Source: Vitrella brassicaformis CCMP3155 (lineage: Eukaryota > Protista > Chromerida). From it: a stretch of DNA of 5,834 nucleotides. The translations under genes and the position numbers were made by a program. Location: positions 1-5,834 of the forward strand of contig CDMY01001026.1 in NCBI GenBank assembly GCA_001179505.1, written 5' to 3'. Numbering within the stretch: position 1 is the first letter of the stretch; each line of letters starts with the position of its first letter. Shown piece after piece: positions 1 through 5,253 of the stretch. Below the pieces are notes generated by a model. The model was not told where the DNA came from. It made no database searches and was given only the letters and a program-made list of their open reading frames with translations.

Positions 1-149
1 GTCCCTTACCTGCAGTATTTAGTTCATTGTTTGTTGCCGTACCCTTCGCTGCTCGACGCCCCATAGCCCTCCCCCTCTCACACCCACCACCAGCTGCTGC
101 ACCGGCCTCAGCGCCCCTCTCGCACCCACCACCACCACCCCAGCTGCAG
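1..149 (+). repeat. Left arm of long inverted repeat (pairs with 3083-3231), truncated by window edge
   Basis: Position i pairs with 3232-i over 149 bp with one mismatch (65 A vs 3167 C). The match runs to base 1, so the true arm may be longer. It contains an acceptor (cccttacctgcag|, ends at 15) and an internal degenerate duplication (cccctctcRcacccaccacc..cagctgc). Confidence 0.97.
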
Positions 150-154
150 TGAGC

Positions 155-1443
155 ATGGCCGACCAGATTGGTCGGCTCAGACGACGACCAGTCGCAGCAG
201 CTCGCCCTGGTGATGCACCTGACCACCGCCCCACAGCAAGTCACGACCAGCCCGCCTCCCCTCCCTCCCTCGCTCGCCTTGCGGCTGACCCGTTTGACCA
301 CGCCGACGAGCTCGATCGGTCAACAACACGCGTCGTGATCAAGGGCGGCAAGCAAGAGCAGATGGAGATGTGGATGCTCAACGACCTGATGTCACACCTT
401 TAGGCAAAGAATCCATCTGAGGACACGCTGCGCAGCATGCTCGAGAGGGGCTACGCCGGTCTCCGGACGGAGCGAAGGCCGCCGTCTCGGCCGCACAAGG
501 TGAATCTCGCCACGCTGCTCAAGACGCGGCGAGACCTCTTCGTCCAATTCGTTCCCGACATACTCGAGACGCCCATCCCCTCGCTCCCCAACGGCATTCC
601 TGAGCCACTGGTGCGGCGGCTTGTGGAGGCGCATGACGGCGAGCCATATGAGGCTGATGACCCAGTTGAGCTCAATCCCGAGCTCGATGCCGACCAGGCC
701 GAGACCCGCCATCGCATCCTTTACGCCCTCAAGGCGTCGGGCGAGTTGCAGCGGCAGATGCTGGAGCGATTGGCCGTACTTGAGTACGTCAAGGCGCATC
801 GTCACGAGTACGAGCCATACGTCGACTCTCAGGCCATCACGCCGAGACCGCCACGACCATTCCACGTGGTATGCACCTGAGTGGGTGGGAAGCCACAGAC
901 ACCACACATCACTCCTTGACTGATGGCTGTGTTGTGTCAGCCCCCATTTCGAGCGTCTGATGTGGACAAAGCGGCGGACGATCCGTGTTCTTCTTCTTCA
1001 CCGCATGTCGGCGCGATCCCGTCGGTGCCCCTCCTCTCGGCCAGATGGGCAACATGACAGCACCCGAGGCATCCAACCACGTGGCCAAAGAGGTGGAGCG
1101 GCACCACACCACAAAGGGCGGTGGTGGCGCCATCGAGGGGGAGCTCGGGTGGCAGATGATCACTCGAAGCATCGAGAAGGCCCAACTCGCTGCTGTCGAC
1201 CAATACCACCTCGAGGTGCTCACCTATGGCAGCAACAACGCCACACGCATGCTCCCATCGATCGGGTACGACCACCGACTCCCGGACGTGCCATTCATGG
1301 TGCTGAAGCAGGTTGGGGGTCAGAAGAAGGGCGAGCCATTTACATACGCAGACTGGAGAAATCTGCAGAAGCAAGCAGACAAAGCGATGAAGGCAGGGCA
1401 GCTTGAAGTGCCGATAGAACCGAAAAAGCCAGAACAGAAGTAG
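155..1443 (+). pseudogene. Spliced gene of unknown function with an in-frame TAG at 401-403 (probable pseudogene or mutant allele)
   Basis: Track ORFs 149-403 and 437-880 share one frame, separated only by TAG 401-403; ATG at 155 follows the IR arm. Donor GTG|gtatgc at 869 (phase 0). Acceptor ctcctctcggccag| at 1044 joins in frame to MGNMTAPEAS...EPKKPEQK* (stop 1441-1443). The nearer acceptor gtgtcag| at 940 gives PPFRASDVDK...RWAT*. No recognisable domain. Confidence 0.55.
869..940 (+). other. Spliceosomal intron (alternative 3' end at 1044)
   Basis: GTATGC donor, CA-rich body, ttgactgat branch-like motif, tgtgttgtgtcag acceptor. The ORF stops 9 nt into the intron. Confidence 0.6.
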
Positions 1444-1499
1444 CTGCCTGACGATCGATTGTGCATAGTTGTGAAACAGTGACTGACATGCCGATTGCG

Positions 1500-1632
1500 A
1501 TTCATTCATTCATTCATTCAATGTATGTGATTGATTGGTCGGGTCATTCATTCATTCATTCATTGCACACATTCAGGTCTGTCTGATTCGTCACCCATCA
1601 CTGAGTCATCGAGGACAATCAATCAATCAATC
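1500..1632. repeat. (ATTC)n / (AATC)n microsatellite cluster between the convergent stop codons
   Basis: (ATTC)5 at 1500-1520, (TCAT)5 at 1544-1564, (AATC)4 at about 1617-1632. Confidence 0.9.
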
Positions 1633-3071
1633 GGTCCGTGATTCACGCGCACATGTCTACACAGCCCTCCTCCCTGCCCGTTGCAAATTCTCCAATTCTT
1701 CATTGCTGTACGCCCCTCCGCCCACACCCATGAAGCCGCGAGCATCGTCGTCATCTCCGAGGAAGCCATTCTCCAGGCCATATTCTCATTCCAGACCACC
1801 ACGGTGCAGGGCGGCGGCGGCGGTTTGGGTGGTGATGTGGGTGGTGGTGTGGGTGGTGGCGAGGGTGGTGGCGACATGCCAGCCAGGCCTTGCTCACCCT
1901 CCGGGGCGTCACCGTCGTTGTCGCCAAATTCATCCTGGTCGTCACCGGCAGGCTCCTCCTCATCCATGTCGCCCTCCCCGCCCTCCTCATCCATCTCGCC
2001 CTCCCCGTCCTCCTTCACAGCGGGCATGTCGCCACCACCCTCGCCACCACCCACACCACCACCCACATCACCACCCAAACCGCCGCCGCCGCCCTGCACC
2101 GTGGTGGTCTGGAATGAGAATATGGCCTGGAGAATGGCGTTGGGTCGAGGGCTGAGCGGTCTGATGACGAGGCAGAAGGGCGCCTCCTCGGTCGCGACGA
2201 GGCGATGCTGACACACATACAAGCGCACAGGCAGAGCCGGACGAAGTGTGTTTTGTGTATTGTGTGTTGTGTGGCTGTGTGTATGTGTGTGTGTCAGGCT
2301 GACCGTGTTGACGAAACCCGTGCGTCCCTTGATGGTCCGGCCGTTCTCACACCGATCAGAGCCGAGCAGCCGCGACACCAGGCTGGTCGTCCCCGCCCCT
2401 CTGAACGCGAAGACACCCCACAGGGGCGTGTCTGGCACGATCGCGTCATCGCCAAGAACAGCACGTCGCTGCGGACCGGCTGGCACTCGGCGCATCGTGG
2501 TTGGGCTGGTGATCATCTCGATGCGGTCGAAGTGCTCATCTCCGGTTGGACGTGCGATGGGAGGGAATGAGTGGTTGACGAGGAAGTGGAACAGCGATAC
2601 CGCCGCCCTTCTGCTGCAGATGGCCGTGACCCGTCCCACCTTGCCCGTCGCTCGAATCCCCTCGCGGCGCTTGGTCTTGGACAGGACGACAAGGCTGGGC
2701 TCCTTGAGGCGTGGACGACCCAGAGCCTTGTGAAGCCCTTCCTCGATCGACACCAACGGCGCGAAAACCTCTTGGTGCACCCGCAGATTCTCGGTCCCCT
2801 CCCTCCCGCGCACACTTTCCAGCTGTGCAAGCTTGCTCGGCCATCCCATCCCCAGGTGGCCGTCGTTTGCAAGAAACGCCGTACGCCGCACCGACAGCTG
2901 GTGTCTGCGCCCGCCTGCTGAAGACTCGTCAGGTGCGTCGCCATACGCTCTGGCTGCTGCAGGACCGGCGGTGTGCGTTGGAAGCGGCTCACGGCCGTCA
3001 AGGACGCGCTGGGCGCTGCGTGTGCGCCCAGGAAGCACCTCAGCGTCATCTGGGAACGGACGCTTCGTCAT
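1623..3071 (-). CDS. Hypothetical protein (450 aa after removing intron 2208-2303) with Gly/Asp/Glu-rich low-complexity region and a Pro-rich C-terminus derived from an inverted insertion
   Basis: 482-codon open frame. The start has a Kozak-like gccaccATG just inside the IR arm. The THTHTHSH stretch corresponds to a 96-nt in-frame GT-AG intron. Third codon positions look more GC-rich on this strand than in the antiparallel + frame, which has TGA stops at 2115, 2568 and 2919. No family recognised. Confidence 0.75.
   Translation of the reverse strand: MTKRPFPDDAEVLPGRTRSAQRVLDGREPLPTHTAGPAAARAYGDAPDESSAGGRRHQLSVRRTAFLANDGHLGMGWPSKLAQLESVRGREGTENLRVHQEVFAPLVSIEEGLHKALGRPRLKEPSLVVLSKTKRREGIRATGKVGRVTAICSRRAAVSLFHFLVNHSFPPIARPTGDEHFDRIEMITSPTTMRRVPAGPQRRAVLGDDAIVPDTPLWGVFAFRGAGTTSLVSRLLGSDRCENGRTIKGRTGFVNTVSLTHTHTHSHTTHNTQNTLRPALPVRLYVCQHRLVATEEAPFCLVIRPLSPRPNAILQAIFSFQTTTVQGGGGGLGGDVGGGVGGGEGGGDMPAVKEDGEGEMDEEGGEGDMDEEEPAGDDQDEFGDNDGDAPEGEQGLAGMSPPPSPPPTPPPTSPPKPPPPPCTVVVWNENMAWRMASSEMTTMLAASWVWAEGRTAMKNWRICNGQGGGLCRHVRVNHGPID
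1765..1880 (+). repeat. Left arm of perfect 116-bp inverted repeat (probable templated insertion)
   Basis: Exact reverse complement of 2023-2138, with a 142-bp spacer. GCCA direct repeats lie at 1765-1768 and 1878-1881. Confidence 0.97.
2023..2138 (-). repeat. Right arm of perfect 116-bp inverted repeat (probable template copy)
   Basis: 116/116 identity to 1765-1880 in reverse complement. It encodes AILQAIFSFQTTTVQGGGG...GDM in the - strand CDS. Confidence 0.97.
2208..2303 (-). other. 96-nt phase-0 spliceosomal intron
   Basis: Minus strand: ACG|gtcagcctgacacacac...cttgtatgtgtgtcag|CAT. CA-microsatellite body; splicing joins GFVNT to HRLVATEE in frame. Confidence 0.8.
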
Positions 3072-3169
3072 GGTGGCGAGCGCTGCAGCTGGGGTGGTGG
3101 TGGTGGGTGCGAGAGGGGCGCTGAGGCCGGTGCAGCAGCTGGTGGTGGGTGTGAGAGGGGGAGGGCCAT
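3068..3169 (-). other. 33-codon uORF (MALPLSHPPPAAAPASAPLSHPPPPPQLQRSPP*) whose TGA overlaps the main ATG (ATGA)
   Basis: ATG at 3169-3167; TGA at 3070-3068 overlaps ATG 3071-3069. Whether it is translated is untested. Confidence 0.4.
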
Positions 3170-3231
3170 GGGGCGTCGAGCAGCGAAGGGTACGGCAACA
3201 AACAATGAACTAAATACTGCAGGTAAGGGAC
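3083..3231 (-). repeat. Right arm of long inverted repeat (pairs with 1-149)
   Basis: 148/149 identity in reverse complement. It lies 11 nt upstream of the - strand ATG at 3071. Confidence 0.97.
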
Positions 3232-3362
3232 AGACAGACAGACGGACAGACAGAGCAATGGATGGATGGATGTGTATCATGTTGCCCTCTCCCTCCCTCC
3301 CTCTCCCTCTCTCCCTTCCTCCCTCCTTCCTACCCCTCCCATCGCTCTGGATCTGTGCTCAC
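3217..3362 (-). other. 146-nt intron in the 5' leader of the - strand gene
   Basis: Minus strand: GAG|gtgagc donor at 3362, purine-rich then (TCCA)n/(TGTC)n body, acceptor tgtctgtcccttacctgcag| ending at 3217. Confidence 0.65.
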
Positions 3363-3459
3363 CTCAGGTACATTTGCGGTAACTGCGATGTGTCGGGAGA
3401 TCTCGATAGCTGAGTCGGCACATCTCGTGCCGCAGGTCGAAAACGATGAGTCGATCAGC

Positions 3460-3601
3460 CTGCAGGACAAGCAGAGGGACAAGCAGGCAGTCAGTGAGGT
3501 GTCTGTGGGTCTCAGGAGGCCATGCAGATACGTATGCTTGTGTGTACATGATAAGATCGGATCTTTTGAGTGAGGGGATGCAAGTGGGTGCCTCAACGTA
3601 C
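3460..3601 (-). other. Putative 142-nt upstream leader intron
   Basis: Minus strand: CTG|gtacgt donor at 3601; ctgac branch motif followed by tgcctgcttgtccctctgcttgtcctgcag| ending at 3460. This defines a 97-nt exon, 3459-3363. The acceptor is stronger evidence than the choice of donor. Confidence 0.5.
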
Positions 3602-3759
3602 CAGAGATGATAGGCCGATGTGTCAGGCGTCGTCCAAGGGTGTCGGTGAGCGTCGGAACGACATGCTCACGACTGATCAGGCCGATCTTCTGTACAAGTG
3701 GGGAGAGGGGCGGCCGATCTCAGCGGTGAGTGGGTATTTTGGGAGCCTGTGACGCAGGG

Positions 3760-4560
3760 ATTGCTCAGAGCATCCCTCTGCATCGACTTTGCTTCGCAAA
3801 ATTGCTTGCGGCACTCTGCTTTGCTTTCATCCTGCGAGCTTGATTGCCCGTAAAACGTTTTCCTTGCCTAACGCTACAGGGAAGGATCGCAGCCCGATGG
3901 TGCCCATATGAAGTTTGATCACTGCATCAGTGCGGCACTCACTAGCCACACCGCCGGAGATCCCAGGCAACCGCCATTTTTCACATACGGGGCGAACCGG
4001 CTGCGAAGTTTTCACCGGCTATGGTCTCGACTGCGCGGCCGAAGAGCGACGGCCGCTTGCGTACGAAGAGACCGTAAAGCAGTTGTGCCGTGAACGATGC
4101 ATTGTGTGACTGATGATTCATGGCTGTGTAAACTTTCAGTGATCCGTTCTTCTTTTTCACGAAACCAAAAGCGATGCGCGCTTCCGTGTGAACACAACGT
4201 AGCGAAGTGTATCATGCATTGACCCAGTCGTGCTCATTTGGGTTGACGGCCTCGTCAACGTTTGGTGGCTGGTTCTCGTGTTTCACGGAGCGCAGAGCAA
4301 CAATCCCTTGCGTGAGGACAGAGCAAACGAAAGAGCACTCACACACAGACTCCCGCGGCGAACGCACCAGAAACCCGAGAGAAAACAGCCGAAAACCGAT
4401 TTTGAAGGGTTTTTGGTGCCGTTTTTCGCGCAAACGCGTGAACGCATTTGAAGCTCGAAGCAAACTCGTTCCTCGCAGTGACCTTCTCCACAGATATCCG
4501 AAGGCAGATCTTGAAAAAACGTTCTAGAAAAAGAGTTGGTTTACCCACGTGAAACTAGGG
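3760..4560. promoter_or_regulatory. Lower-GC non-coding region, possible divergent promoter or element end
   Basis: No credible ORF, with A/T runs, several hairpins and repeated TTTCAC/GTGAAA. It lies between a leftward and a rightward transcription unit. Function is inferred from position only. Confidence 0.35.
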
Positions 4561-4620
4561 CTGTATAACCACCCTCCACCTCATGAAAGGACCGACCGAA
4601 ACCCCATCCCACTCTACCAG

Positions 4621-5084
4621 GTGTGCGCCATTGTCGCTCTCTACATCAGGTGTGCGCCATTGTCGCTCTCTACATCAGGTGTGCGCCATTGTCGCTCTCT
4701 ACATCAGGTGTGCGCCATTGTCGCTCTCTACATCAGGTGTGCGACAATGGTCGCTCTCTACATCAGGTGTGCGCCATTGTCGCTCTCTACATCAGGTGTG
4801 CGCCATTGTCGCTCTCTACATCAGGTGTGCGCCATTGTCGCTCTCTACATCAGGTGTGCGCCATTGTCGCTCTCTACATCAGGTGTGCGCCATTGTCGCT
4901 CTCTACATCAGGTGTGCGCCATTGTCGCTCTCTACATCAGGTGTGCGCCATTGTCGCTCTCTACATCAGGTGTGCGCCATTGTCGCTCTCTACATCAGGT
5001 GTGCGCCATTGTCGCTCTCTACATCAGGTGTGCGCCATTGTCGCTCTCTACATCAGGTGTGCGCCATTGTCGCTCTCTACATCA
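4621..5084 (+). repeat. Tandem minisatellite, 16 x 29 bp (gtgtgcgccattgtcgctctctacatcag)
   Basis: Units start at 4621, 4650, 4679, 4708, 4737, 4767 ... 5057. Unit 5 is a 30-bp variant, unit 16 lacks the final G, and the rest are identical. A degenerate lead-in ctctaccag lies at 4612-4620. There are no spacers. Confidence 0.98.
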
Positions 5085-5253
5085 CTCGGGCCGCCCTCGC
5101 TCCGCTCGGGCTCTTCCCACTGCCGCTTTCGGCAAAATGACCCGGTGTGGGACCTGAACCCATACCATAATCCCCTGCAGCCCCTCACTCGACTAATTTG
5201 CCGTGGCGTCGTAGCGCAGCGTCGAGCCCACCCCCTCTCACTTTCCCTTCGCA

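Noticed and set aside
65-403. RIP-like CpA>TpA mutation (position 65 variant and TAG at 401)
   Set aside because: Only two sites, ancestral states are unproven, and the repeats are otherwise unmutated.
392-1509. - strand ORFs 392-907, 451-717, 909-1223 and 937-1509
   Set aside because: These are antisense shadows of the + strand gene, or run into microsatellite sequence.
1535-2211. + strand ORFs 1535-2155, 1681-2211 and 1890-2117 as genes
   Set aside because: They are explained by the inverted insertion and the antisense of low-complexity coding sequence. An acag| acceptor-like site at 1664 exists but has no matching upstream exon.
2355-2430. P-loop-like GAGTTSLVSRLL in the - strand protein
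   Set aside because: It lacks the first Gly and the Lys of GxxxxGK[ST], and no DxxG or NKxD motifs follow.
2205-3413. + strand frame 2205-2570 / 2571-2921 / 2973-3413 as a stop-interrupted gene
   Set aside because: It is codon-aligned antisense of the uninterrupted - strand CDS, and its TGA stops are TCA (Ser) codons on the other strand.
4110-4165. Hammerhead core or C/D snoRNA (CTGATGA ... GAAA)
   Set aside because: Stem II cannot close, and no box D with a terminal stem was found.
4621-5084. CRISPR array
   Set aside because: Units abut directly with no unique spacers, there are no cas genes, and the context is eukaryotic.
5085-5150. HDV-like ribozyme at retroelement 5' end (ccctcgct resembles L3; tgccg-cttt-cggca resembles P4)
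   Set aside because: The flanks needed for P3 are ccg/ccg and cannot pair, and no P1 was found by eye. An Infernal or RNArobo search would settle it.
5135-5210. tRNA on - strand (tggg-ttcaggt-ccca T-arm-like)
   Set aside because: The loop lacks the conserved A58, and there is no D-arm, anticodon arm or matching acceptor stem.
5231-5241. ccccctctcac shared with the IR arm (71-81), both upstream of ATGs
   Set aside because: An 11-bp low-complexity pyrimidine match is plausible by chance in C-rich leaders.
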